DNA of 64,000 nt from positions 59,732 through 123,731 of the forward strand of contig JAZDQA010000010.1 of assembly GCA_043797085.1 (NCBI GenBank), given 5' to 3'. The position numbers and the translations under genes are program-made. The notes beneath the pieces are model-generated. The model had not been told where the DNA came from and did not search any database. It was given only the letters and a program-made list of their open reading frames with translations. This DNA comes from Pseudomonadota bacterium. GTDB taxonomy: Bacteria; Campylobacterota; Campylobacteria; Campylobacterales; Sulfurimonadaceae. Of this stretch, positions 53,703 to 63,071 are shown piece by piece. The stretch's first letter is position 1; every line of letters begins with the position of its first letter.

Positions 53703-54720
53703 ACTCACCAAATTTGTCCGCGCTTCAGGTTGTGCCGCGAAACTCTCCCCTGGGTCGCTGGAAAACGTCACCTGCCATCTGAAATCGTTTCACAAAGATT
53801 TACTGGTAGGATTTGAGGGAAATGAGGACGCTGGGGTTTACCGTATTACGGATGATTTGGCGATGGTGCAGACGGTCGATTTTATCACCCCTGTCGTCGA
53901 TGATCCGTTTATCTACGGGCAAATCGCGGCGGCTAACTCTCTAAGCGATGTCTTTGCCATGGGAGGCGATGCCAAAACCGCCCTCAACCTCGTAGGGTTT
54001 GATGGCAAAAACCACCACACTGAGATTCTCACTGAGATTTTGCGTGGCGGAATGAGCAAAGTGCAAGAGTGCGGTGCGGTCATCATAGGCGGTCATACCA
54101 TCGAAACGCCTGAGATGATTTACGGTCTTTCGTGTACGGGATTCGTCCATCCAGATAAAATTTTGCGCAACAATACCGTTCAGGATGGGGATCTGATTCT
54201 CCTCACTAAACCTTTGGGATTGGGGATTTTAACCACTGCCATCAAAGCCGATTTACTGGATGAAAACACCGTCATCCAAGTCGCCGACACCATGCGCACC
54301 CTTAACTATAAAGCCTCATTAATCGCACGGGAATTTAATGCTCATGCGTGTACCGATGTGACGGGTTTTGGATTTTTGGGGCATTTGCGCGAAATGAGTG
54401 GGGGTGTAAAAACCATCCAAGTGAATGCTTCGTCTGTCCCATTTTTTCCCGAAGCGATGGGGATGGCAGCGATGGGGATTATCCCTGCGGGAAGCTACGC
54501 CAACCAAGAGTATTTGCAATCGCACGTACATTTCAAGCGTAACATTGGTGCTGATTTGGAGATGATTCTTTTTGATGCACAAACATCAGGGGGACTTTTA
54601 ATCTCCGCAACGCCTCAAAATGCTCAAAAAATGGTAGAACGCTGTTTAAGTGAGGGGATAAACGCCGTCATTGTTGCCGAAGTTATTGCTAAAACCCATA
54701 CCGATATTATTGTAGGATAA
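53686..54720 (+). CDS. selD: Selenophosphate synthetase (Cys form)
   Basis: SGCAAK (TGT codon, not TGA), QTVDFITPVVDDP, AANSLSDVFAMG, TDVTGFG and DAQTSGGLL; GTG start at 53686 with RBS AAGGAA. Confidence 0.96.
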   Translation: MNNASKLTKFVRASGCAAKLSPGSLENVTCHLKSFHKDLLVGFEGNEDAGVYRITDDLAMVQTVDFITPVVDDPFIYGQIAAANSLSDVFAMGGDAKTALNLVGFDGKNHHTEILTEILRGGMSKVQECGAVIIGGHTIETPEMIYGLSCTGFVHPDKILRNNTVQDGDLILLTKPLGLGILTTAIKADLLDENTVIQVADTMRTLNYKASLIAREFNAHACTDVTGFGFLGHLREMSGGVKTIQVNASSVPFFPEAMGMAAMGIIPAGSYANQEYLQSHVHFKRNIGADLEMILFDAQTSGGLLISATPQNAQKMVERCLSEGINAVIVAEVIAKTHTDIIVG

Positions 54721-54723
54721 CCC

Positions 54724-55809
54724 ATGCACCGACGCGAATTCATCAAAAAAACCGCCCTCTCAGGGGCAATTTGTCTTAGCCCTTCTTTTCTAACCGCTTC
54801 GGTGGAGATAAAAAACACGTTGGCACTTTATGACCTCCAATGGAAGTTTGATCTCACCGCTCATGGTGCAAAAGAGTGTGCATTGTGGATTCCTCTTCCC
54901 CGTGATATTTCAGGATTCCAAAGTGTTCTTCAAATCGGTAGTGAAAGTACCTCTAAAAAAAGTTTTCAAACGACTCATAATAATTACGAAAGTGCAACAT
55001 TTTATGCTTACTGGAATAAAAATGCCACAAATAAAACTCTTGATCTATCGATGAAAGTAGCCTTACGCGACTGTCAATGTGACTTTAAACGCACACGAGT
55101 TTGCCCCAATGTTATAGAAGAAGCCAAAGAATTTTTAGCCCCGACAGCCCATATCCCCACAGATGGTGCCGTTGCCAAAGCAGCCAAAAAAATCGTCGCA
55201 AATGAAAAAGACCCTCTTAAAAAAGCCCGAAAAATCTATGACTGGATTATCGTCAACGCTTACCGCGATGAAAATGTTCACGGGTGCGGAGTAGGTAGCC
55301 CCAATGCGATGTTGGCACAACTCGAAAAAGATGGTCGCATGGGAGGAAAATGCCTTGATATGTCTGCACTGTGCGTTGCACTTATGCGTGCATCAGGTAT
55401 CCCTGCTCGCGAAGTGATGGGGATACGTGTCGGTGCTTCACGATTTTCTTCTGCTTTTGGAACAAAAGAGGATATTACCAAATCCCAACACTGCAAGCTA
55501 GAATTTTTTATTGATACTTTAGGCTGGATACCTTGTGACCCTGCCGATATTACCAAGCTGGTACTCAAAGAAAATCTGGAAAAAACCTCTCCCCGCGTCC
55601 GAGAGCTTGCCGATAAATTTTTCGGATTTTGGGAAAACAACTGGATGGCATTTAATCACGCACGCGATTTTGACCTCTATCCTACCAATACTCAAGGCAC
55701 ATTGGATTCGTTTGGCTACCCGTATGCTGAAATAGAGGGTGAATACCTCGATCCCTTTGAACCCTCAGCCTACCAATACAAAATTCTCTCCAAAAAAGTG
55801 ACTTTATGA
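54724..55809 (+). CDS. Tat-exported transglutaminase-like domain protein
   Basis: HRREFIKK twin-arginine signal; GCGVG; putative triad GGKCLD / QHC / PCDPAD. Confidence 0.85.
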   Translation: MHRREFIKKTALSGAICLSPSFLTASVEIKNTLALYDLQWKFDLTAHGAKECALWIPLPRDISGFQSVLQIGSESTSKKSFQTTHNNYESATFYAYWNKNATNKTLDLSMKVALRDCQCDFKRTRVCPNVIEEAKEFLAPTAHIPTDGAVAKAAKKIVANEKDPLKKARKIYDWIIVNAYRDENVHGCGVGSPNAMLAQLEKDGRMGGKCLDMSALCVALMRASGIPAREVMGIRVGASRFSSAFGTKEDITKSQHCKLEFFIDTLGWIPCDPADITKLVLKENLEKTSPRVRELADKFFGFWENNWMAFNHARDFDLYPTNTQGTLDSFGYPYAEIEGEYLDPFEPSAYQYKILSKKVTL

Positions 55810-56414
55810 TCCTCGACTGCCGTGATATGGAGTGTCCCCGTCCCGTACTGGAAACCAAAAAAGTATTGGACGCGCTTCCTGAAGATGCCACGCTCGTCCT
55901 AGAGGTAAACACTCTCAGCGGTCGTGAAAACTGCAAACGCTTTGCCCTCTCACAGCAATGCACTTTTACAGAAGAACTCCTGGAAGATGGTGCAACACGA
56001 TTGACCATCACCAAAGGGCTGGGCTATACACCAAATGATGATGAAAACCCGCTGGATACCATGATGCAACAAGAGCGTCGCAGTGCCGTCCTCGTCCTCT
56101 CAGGGGCATTGGTCACGGCATTACTCTCCGCCTCATGCTGTTTGGTTCCGACACTGTTTATGGTGTTTGGAATCTCCTTTGCAGGAGTTATCAATGTTCC
56201 ACAATTGAACAGCTATCGCTGGATTTTCACCGCTGTTGCTGTCGTGATGCTCAGTATCGGTTTTTACCAAATGGTGATTAAAAAACAAATCGAATGCGAT
56301 TGCGAACCGAGTTTAACCTCTAAAATATTAATAACACTTTTTTGGTCACTTTTCCTCTTTAGCCTTGCTGCCCTTTTCTATCCCTATTATGAGGCGTTAC
56401 TATGGGGAGAATAA
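55806..56414 (+). CDS. TusA/SirA(YedF)-like carrier domain fused to a MerT-like membrane transporter
   Basis: N-terminal LDCRDMECPRPVLETKK (CPxP); C-terminal 3 TMs with ASCCLVP and a loop CDC typical of MerT. Confidence 0.8.
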   Translation: MILDCRDMECPRPVLETKKVLDALPEDATLVLEVNTLSGRENCKRFALSQQCTFTEELLEDGATRLTITKGLGYTPNDDENPLDTMMQQERRSAVLVLSGALVTALLSASCCLVPTLFMVFGISFAGVINVPQLNSYRWIFTAVAVVMLSIGFYQMVIKKQIECDCEPSLTSKILITLFWSLFLFSLAALFYPYYEALLWGE

Positions 56415-56668
56415 CTTTAGGATTGTTGCTGTTAGCCACTCTCGCCTACTCACGCCAATGGAATCTGCACATAGACGGGATGCACTGCATCGCCTGCACG
56501 TTGGCGGTCAAAAAAGCACTGCTAAGTGTTCACGGTATCCAAGAAGCAAAAGTAAACTTTAAAAATGAAAGTGCTTGGGTAAATACCGAGGATACAGTGA
56601 GTTTAAAAATGATGCAAGATGCTGTGGTGCAAACGGGTTATACGGCGACAATAGCAACCAAAAACTAA
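56402..56668 (+). CDS. Periplasmic heavy-metal-binding protein (MerP-like HMA domain)
   Basis: Signal peptide followed by GMHCIAC..VKKAL. Confidence 0.88.
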   Translation: MGRITLGLLLLATLAYSRQWNLHIDGMHCIACTLAVKKALLSVHGIQEAKVNFKNESAWVNTEDTVSLKMMQDAVVQTGYTATIATKN

Positions 56669-56695
56669 TACAGCTCAATGTGTATATGTAGTTTT

Positions 56696-58957
56696 TTACG
56701 CTTTACATACCCTATTTCGACCGCTCTCTTTTGCCTTATACAAAGCCCTGTCCACTCGTCCCACACACTCATGAACACTCTCGTGAGCCATGAATTCACC
56801 CGCACCGATACTAACCGTCACGCTATGCCCTAAACCAAACGAGAACTCCTCTATTTTACGACGAAAACTTTCCGCAACAATCAACGCTGCCTCCGCATTT
56901 GTATGAGGGAAAATCGCGATAAACTCTTCTCCTCCCCAACGTCCAAGTATGTCGGTATCACGAAGATTTTCTTCCATAATGTTTGCTAAAGTCTGTAAAA
57001 CACTATCCCCTGCCTGATGCCCTGCGGTATCGTTAATTACTTTGAAATTATCCACATCAATCATCATCAAAGCACAATGATAATCCGTATATCGATTTAC
57101 CTTTTTTTGCTCTTTTATAAGTATGATATCCGTTTTTTGACGGTTATACAGTCCCGTTAGCTTGTCCGTAATTGAGAGTTCAAGCAAACGTGCGTTGTAG
57201 CGCTTGAGTACAATATATCGCCATGTAAAAGCCAAGAGTCCAATCACAAACACTAATAAAAACTTCCAAACTACTCCACGATCGATCCATGATACCTCTT
57301 CGACTGTTGATACCCAGCGGTTATATATCGTTTGCATCTCAGCAGGATCAAGATTTTTGACCATTTTTTCAAACACGCCGTACAACATCGGCTCATCGTT
57401 ACGGACAGCTACACTCAATTCATCCTTATCATCAAGCCGTGAGGATACCTTTAAAATTCCGGTATACTCTTTTTGAATATACGATGACACAACTAACAAA
57501 TTATCAATATAACCGTAAAGTTCGCCGCTTTCGACCTTGCTCAAACCTTCATTAATCGACTTTACTTCCACAATATGCAAATTTGGGTAATGGGCTTTTA
57601 CCATAGCGACAGTCGTATATCCTTTGACAATTCCAATTTTTTCCTTTGTCAATGAATCCATATTCTCTGTAAAAAGTTTGTCATTCGTTGTCACCATAAC
57701 GTATGGAATACTCAGATACGTAGAGGTAAAATTGATGTATTTTAATCGATCAGGAGCACTGCTTGCAAGAGATAAAATATCACATTTTCGCTCTTGTGCA
57801 TACAAAAGAGATTCGTTCCATGAGGACGTCGGGACTAACTCGATAGGCATACCCAGTTGTTTCTCGAAAACACGCATCACATCCGCTGCCATACCGATAT
57901 GCTTGCCCTCTCGTATTGCTTCAAGCGGATACCACTCCGGATCCACGCACATCGTAATTTTTTTCTTTTCAAAAAGATACTTTTTCTCATCACTCGAAAA
58001 TTCAATATTTTCGCGAGAATTTACAGCGATATCCTTAAACATATAGCGACCAAGTTTTTGATCACTATTGAGCACACCTGTTTGTATCAGCTGTTTAAAC
58101 GCTCGAACTGTCAGTTCAGAATTGACTTCACCAATGGGATAAAAATCGGTCATCATCAGCTGTTTTATCACTTTGGCTTCATATTTTAAAGCACCGCGTG
58201 ATTTTTTAGCCGCATATTTATGCTCTAAAAGATCAATCATTTCATTCGGGTGATCAAGCGCGTATTTCCATCCGCGATTGGTTGCATCAATAAATCGGCG
58301 AGTCCGATCCGTATGCTCAATCGCTTCTACAGAGGAGGTAAAAAGGTTAACCGCACTCATCATAAACCCGTATTGTGCAGGATCAATAATTTCGTACTCA
58401 ATACCCCTGCGGTCAAGTTCATAGAGCTGATTGGAGCGAAAAGCGCTCATTACATCCACTTTCCCATCAATAAAATTTTGAATATTAAAAGTGTGATCGA
58501 CAAAGTGAGCATTTTTAGGAGATATACTAAAATGGTTAAGCAAGAGGGCTAAAGAGCTGTATTTGAGCTCGTAGCTTGTTCCCATTATTGTTTTACCTAT
58601 CATATCACTGGGATTTTTAATCCCTTTGCGTGCAATGAAAACGAGAGGGGAGTGCTGAAAATACGTACCCATCAAGACAATTGGTTTTACGCGCCCCTTT
58701 TCAACCATAATACTGGAGTTGTATACGCCATATGTTGTTCTACCTGCTAAAACATCTGCACCAATATCAATGCCATCATGATATTCAAGTAACTGGACAT
58801 CCAAATCTGCATCGCGGTAAAATCCTTTTTCTTTGGCAGCAATAAATCCGGCAAACTCAAACTGATATTTCCAATCAAGTTGTACAGATACTTTTTCGGC
58901 ACTTCTTTGTGCCATTAAAGAGGTAATAATAAATAAAATAAGAAGAAAAAATCTCAC
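56696..58957 (-). CDS. Diguanylate cyclase with NMT1/THI5-like and type-2 periplasmic binding domains
   Basis: LDWKYQFEFAGFIAAKEKGFY; second PBP domain; TM; TDKLTGLYNR and RDTD..RWGGEEF. Confidence 0.9.
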   Translation of the reverse strand: MRFFLLILFIITSLMAQRSAEKVSVQLDWKYQFEFAGFIAAKEKGFYRDADLDVQLLEYHDGIDIGADVLAGRTTYGVYNSSIMVEKGRVKPIVLMGTYFQHSPLVFIARKGIKNPSDMIGKTIMGTSYELKYSSLALLLNHFSISPKNAHFVDHTFNIQNFIDGKVDVMSAFRSNQLYELDRRGIEYEIIDPAQYGFMMSAVNLFTSSVEAIEHTDRTRRFIDATNRGWKYALDHPNEMIDLLEHKYAAKKSRGALKYEAKVIKQLMMTDFYPIGEVNSELTVRAFKQLIQTGVLNSDQKLGRYMFKDIAVNSRENIEFSSDEKKYLFEKKKITMCVDPEWYPLEAIREGKHIGMAADVMRVFEKQLGMPIELVPTSSWNESLLYAQERKCDILSLASSAPDRLKYINFTSTYLSIPYVMVTTNDKLFTENMDSLTKEKIGIVKGYTTVAMVKAHYPNLHIVEVKSINEGLSKVESGELYGYIDNLLVVSSYIQKEYTGILKVSSRLDDKDELSVAVRNDEPMLYGVFEKMVKNLDPAEMQTIYNRWVSTVEEVSWIDRGVVWKFLLVFVIGLLAFTWRYIVLKRYNARLLELSITDKLTGLYNRQKTDIILIKEQKKVNRYTDYHCALMMIDVDNFKVINDTAGHQAGDSVLQTLANIMEENLRDTDILGRWGGEEFIAIFPHTNAEAALIVAESFRRKIEEFSFGLGHSVTVSIGAGEFMAHESVHECVGRVDRALYKAKESGRNRVCKA

Positions 58958-59102
58958 CCTGCCCCTTTAATCTTTACCAATGGAATCGAAAATAAATACT
59001 CATACCTACACGTCACCCCAAGCTCAACTAGTTTAATAAAAGTTGCCTCATGTATTATTTTATCTATTATATAATACCTCTCCTTAATGGTAAAAACGTC
59101 TA

Positions 59103-59852
59103 TTATTTAGTCCCATTAACCCCATATACTGCCTCAAAAATATTTTTATGGGAAAAGAGTACACTAAACGTTGCAGCGAGCAACGATACTGCCACCATCA
59201 TATACATTACCGCTAGCTGATAAGAGACCGCTTTGAGCGGATCAGCTCCCGCGAGAAGCATCCCCGTCGTGATTCCTGGAATATGGATAATGCCGACAGT
59301 TTGGAGCATATTGAGCGTCGGAATCATTGAGGCTTTGACGGAGGCTTTAGAGGCGAATGATAGCGCCTCTTTGAGCGGTGCGCCCAATGCTACCATCCCC
59401 TCGATGGTCTCCACTGTATTTTTTACTTCTGCTTTAAACCGCTCAATACTTTGAGTGTAGACATTCAGCGCATTACCGATAATCATCCCTCCGATGGGAA
59501 TCATCTCATGAGGAACCATGTGTATGACACCAAACGCCATCATGGACGCAAATACAATCCCAGACGATGCTCCCAACGTATAAAAGGCAATCCGAAAACT
59601 ATGATTTCCTAGCGGTGAACGTTTTTTAGCCGTATACGCCCCAAACGTCACCATCCCTAACAGTACAAAAAACAGCAGTGAAGGATGAGAAATTTTAAAA
59701 AGATAAACAAGAGCATACCCCAGCAATCCCAGCTGAACCATCGCTAAAATAGAGTTTGTCAGGATCTGTTTTTCGAGCCCGAAATGTTCACGACGTGAAT
59801 ACCATAGGGCAAAAATGATGAGAGCGTAGGAGGCTAAGAAAGAGTATTGCAT
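59103..59852 (-). CDS. UPF0014 / FetB(YbbM)-family ABC permease
   Basis: IPIGGMIIGNA, ALGA, VGIIHIPGITTGMLLAGADP and AVSYQ. Confidence 0.85.
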   Translation of the reverse strand: MQYSFLASYALIIFALWYSRREHFGLEKQILTNSILAMVQLGLLGYALVYLFKISHPSLLFFVLLGMVTFGAYTAKKRSPLGNHSFRIAFYTLGASSGIVFASMMAFGVIHMVPHEMIPIGGMIIGNALNVYTQSIERFKAEVKNTVETIEGMVALGAPLKEALSFASKASVKASMIPTLNMLQTVGIIHIPGITTGMLLAGADPLKAVSYQLAVMYMMVAVSLLAATFSVLFSHKNIFEAVYGVNGTK

Positions 59853-59935
59853 GATTGCCTATTCGGTGATTTTAGAGAAAGGATAAGCAGTTTTGAATTA
59901 AAAAATCCTTCTCTCAAAAAAAGAAGAAAAAAAAG

Positions 59936-60157
59936 TCAATCTCTCTTGTTGCCAAAAAGGAGGATCAGACTGCCAAACGCTATGGCTCCGGCACCTGCCC
60001 AAACCGGAATCTTAAAAGTTTCTTTTTCTTTTATCGATATATTGATAGGTCCAATATCGGTATTATGGGTTTCTTTTGTATAAGTAAAACCTCCGTATAC
60101 TAATCCAAGAATACCGGCTATAATCAACAAAATTGCTGAGACTCTACGTGCGTTCAT
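59936..60157 (-). CDS. Small two-TM membrane protein
   Basis: MNARRVSAILL...GGFTYTKETH...IGP...IPVWAG; RBS GGAG before ATG 60157. Confidence 0.75.
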   Translation of the reverse strand: MNARRVSAILLIIAGILGLVYGGFTYTKETHNTDIGPINISIKEKETFKIPVWAGAGAIAFGSLILLFGNKRD

Positions 60158-60218
60158 ATTCTCTCCCTGTATTAAAAATATTTTATTTTCATTTTCCATT
60201 ACAGAAACGAATCCTGAA

Positions 60219-60368
60219 TCACAGCACTCGACGACCTTGAATAACTCTTACTAAAATCACTACGATAGCAATGACTAGAAGAATATGGATAAATCCACCT
60301 ATTGTATACGACGAGACTAGTCCTAGGACCCAGAGTATAATGAGTATAAATGCAATGGTTTCGAGCAT
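60219..60368 (-). CDS. 49-aa lmo0937-like small membrane protein (absent from the ORF track)
   Basis: Manual translation MLETIAFILIILWVLGLVSSYTIGGFIHILLVIAIVVILVRVIQGRRVL; RBS AGGAG. Confidence 0.85.
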   Translation of the reverse strand: MLETIAFILIILWVLGLVSSYTIGGFIHILLVIAIVVILVRVIQGRRVL

Positions 60369-60510
60369 TTTATTTCTCCTTGATTTTAATGTATGTAAAT
60401 TGATGGTACATCAGTCAAGCTTTAAAGAATATTCAAAGATAAAAGTCTATATTAATTAAGGATATTAATGGGAATTTGACCTAACTATTTGTCAGGAGAT
60501 GAGTCGTAAA

Positions 60511-60538
60511 AGAAGAAAAATCTGCCTCAAAAGAGGCA
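60511..60538 (-). terminator. Rho-independent terminator of ahpC
   Basis: TGCCTC-AAAA-GAGGCA hairpin with an adjacent A-run (U-tract on the minus strand). Confidence 0.65.
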
Positions 60539-60554
60539 AACTTCGGAATTTAAA

Positions 60555-61151
60555 TTACAGTTCTTCTGCGTGAGCAGCAAGATATTCGGCAACACCTTCA
60601 GTGCTTGCTTTCATACCTGCATCACCTTTTACCCAGCCAGCAGGACATACTTCGCCGTGCTCGTCAGTAAACTGCATAGTATCAACCATACGAATCATCT
60701 CATCGATGTTACGTCCCAATGGAAGGTCGTTGATAACTGCGTGACGAATGATACCTTTTGCGTCGATCAAAAATGAACCACGAAGGGCTACTGATTCACC
60801 GAAAAGTACATCGTAATCTTTTGAAATTTGTTTGCTCAAGTCTGCAACAAGTGGGAATTTAACACGGCCGATTCCACCTTTTTCGATTGGAGTTTCTCTC
60901 CATGCAAAGTGTGAAAATTGGCTGTCAACAGAAACACCGATAACATTTACGCCACGGCTCTCGAAATCTTCGATACGGTGTGAAAACGCAATGATCTCTG
61001 ATGGACATACAAACGTAAAGTCAAGAGGATAAAAGAACAAAACCGTCCCTTTTTTCCCGAAATTTTCGGATAATTTGAATCCATCAACAATGGTGCCATC
61101 TGCTAATACGGTTGTTGCTGTAAAATCTGGAGCGGGTTTAGTTACGAGCAT
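60555..61151 (-). CDS. ahpC: 2-Cys peroxiredoxin
   Basis: FYPLDFTFVCPSEI and GEVCPAGW; start reset to ATG 61151. Confidence 0.96.
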   Translation of the reverse strand: MLVTKPAPDFTATTVLADGTIVDGFKLSENFGKKGTVLFFYPLDFTFVCPSEIIAFSHRIEDFESRGVNVIGVSVDSQFSHFAWRETPIEKGGIGRVKFPLVADLSKQISKDYDVLFGESVALRGSFLIDAKGIIRHAVINDLPLGRNIDEMIRMVDTMQFTDEHGEVCPAGWVKGDAGMKASTEGVAEYLAAHAEEL

Positions 61152-61292
61152 AGGATTTCCTTGTGTTATTTTTAAAGTAGGGAAATTGTAACACACGAAG
61201 ATTAATGTAAATGAGCGTCAAAAAGTTAATCTGAAACTCTAAAGGATAATTTTTATTATTTAGAATATTTTGAATTAGGATATAATCGCATT

Positions 61293-63071
61293 ATGCTTAC
61301 CTTTAAAATACTTTTTGAAATGATGTTACGGTACAAGCGCCAGTTAGTGTGGGGAAATCTTATTGCCATACTTGCGACGATGATTTCTATCCCTATCCCC
61401 TTGCTTATCCCCCTTATGGTTGATGAAGTGCTTCTCAAAAAGGGAGGTGTCATTACCCAAACCATTGATATGTTTACCCCATTGCATGAGCCGTTACTTT
61501 ATATCGGTATTGTTTTGGCGGTAACGGTCGGATTACGCTTTCTCTTTTTTCTCTTAAGTGTCGTATCGCAACGTTTTTTCATCACCCTCTCCCAAGAGCT
61601 AAGTTTCGCTATTCGTATCCAAGCACTCGAACATCTCAAGCACGTTTCGATGAGTGCGTATGAGCGTCTGGGAAGTGGCAAAGTCATTACCCACCTCATC
61701 ACCGACATTGATACCATCGAACATTTTTTAGGGAGTGCTCTCTCCAAATTTATCGTTTCGGTGACAACGCTCATTGGAGTAGCGGTTGTTCTGATCTGGA
61801 TCAATCCTCTTTTTGGTATTTTGATCTTGATCTTTCAGCCGATGATAATGATCGTTACCCGTAAGATTTCTGCGGCAGTCGGAAAGCTCAAAAAAGAGCA
61901 AAACCGCACCATCGGTGAACTCTCCGATACTCTCACCCAAATGTGTGATCTCTTCGGACAAATCCGTGCCAGTAACAAAGAAGAGCGTTTCGTCGCAAGT
62001 GCTATTGAGCAGTCCAAACATCTCAAACAAAGTGCAAGTGAGTATGGAATCAAAGCGTTGTTTGGGGAAAAATATTCCTATACGCTCTTTTTGAGCGGGT
62101 TTGAGATTTTTCGTGCCATGGGGTTGGTGATGGTACTTTACTCCGATCTCTCCATCGGATTGATGTTTGGAATTTTCGGCTATTTGTGGTTTATGATGAC
62201 ACCTGTGCAAGAACTTTTATCCCTTCAATACGCCCATGCGAATGCTAAAAATGCCCTCTTGCGACTCAATGAACTGCTTTCTCTTCCCACAGAACCCGTA
62301 TCTCAGAATGTAAAAAAAGCATTGGAGAACTCAAAGGCGTTATCGATTCAAACGCACGATTTGGTGTTCGGATACGATGAAAATGAACCCGTACTCAAAG
62401 GGCTCAATCTGAAGATACAGGCAGGCTCAAAAGTCGCTATCATCGGTGCGAGCGGAAGCGGGAAGAGTACCCTTTCACAGCTGTTAGTCGGTTTTTATCC
62501 TCCGACATCAGGAACCATTCTCTACAACGACATTCCTGTCGAAGAGATCGGTTTTCCTGCTATTCGTGATGAAGTCTTTGTAGTTCTTCAACAACCGTTA
62601 ATGTTTAATGAGACCCTGCGTTTTAATCTGACTATGGGCGATGAAATCAACGATGAAGAGATTTACAAGGCGCTCTCCATCGCGCAACTTTCTCAGTTTG
62701 TCGGCGATTTGCCGTTGGGGTTAGAGACACAAGTCGGGAAATTCGGTATCCGTCTCTCAGGGGGTCAACGTCAGCGTCTCTCCATCGCACGGATGGTTTT
62801 AGCCAATCCAAAAGTCGTTATCTTCGATGAGTCCACTTCTGCGCTGGATGTCCATACAGAGAGTGCACTGTTTGAAGCACTGCAAGAATTTTTAAAAGAA
62901 AAAACGGTCATCATCATCGCCCATCGTCTCAGTACCGTGACAAGGGCTGATTATATTTATGTCCTCGAAAATGGAAAAATTCTCGAAGAGGGAAGTCGGG
63001 AAGATTTAGAGAAACAAGATGGAAGCTTTCGCCTTTTCGTCCATCATCAAGGAAACGTTACGCAACACTAA
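61293..63071 (+). CDS. ABC transporter, fused permease/ATP-binding (exporter type)
   Basis: TM domain plus GASGSGKST, LSGGQRQR, IFDESTSALD and IAHRLST. Confidence 0.93.
   Translation: MLTFKILFEMMLRYKRQLVWGNLIAILATMISIPIPLLIPLMVDEVLLKKGGVITQTIDMFTPLHEPLLYIGIVLAVTVGLRFLFFLLSVVSQRFFITLSQELSFAIRIQALEHLKHVSMSAYERLGSGKVITHLITDIDTIEHFLGSALSKFIVSVTTLIGVAVVLIWINPLFGILILIFQPMIMIVTRKISAAVGKLKKEQNRTIGELSDTLTQMCDLFGQIRASNKEERFVASAIEQSKHLKQSASEYGIKALFGEKYSYTLFLSGFEIFRAMGLVMVLYSDLSIGLMFGIFGYLWFMMTPVQELLSLQYAHANAKNALLRLNELLSLPTEPVSQNVKKALENSKALSIQTHDLVFGYDENEPVLKGLNLKIQAGSKVAIIGASGSGKSTLSQLLVGFYPPTSGTILYNDIPVEEIGFPAIRDEVFVVLQQPLMFNETLRFNLTMGDEINDEEIYKALSIAQLSQFVGDLPLGLETQVGKFGIRLSGGQRQRLSIARMVLANPKVVIFDESTSALDVHTESALFEALQEFLKEKTVIIIAHRLSTVTRADYIYVLENGKILEEGSREDLEKQDGSFRLFVHHQGNVTQH

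Noticed and set aside
53686..56668. Selenocysteine (in-frame TGA) recoding in selD or its neighbours
   Set aside because: The SelD active-site codon is TGT and all five ORFs are open without internal TGA
55806..56668. Classical mercury-resistance operon or transposon
   Set aside because: No merA, merR, transposase or terminal repeats in the window
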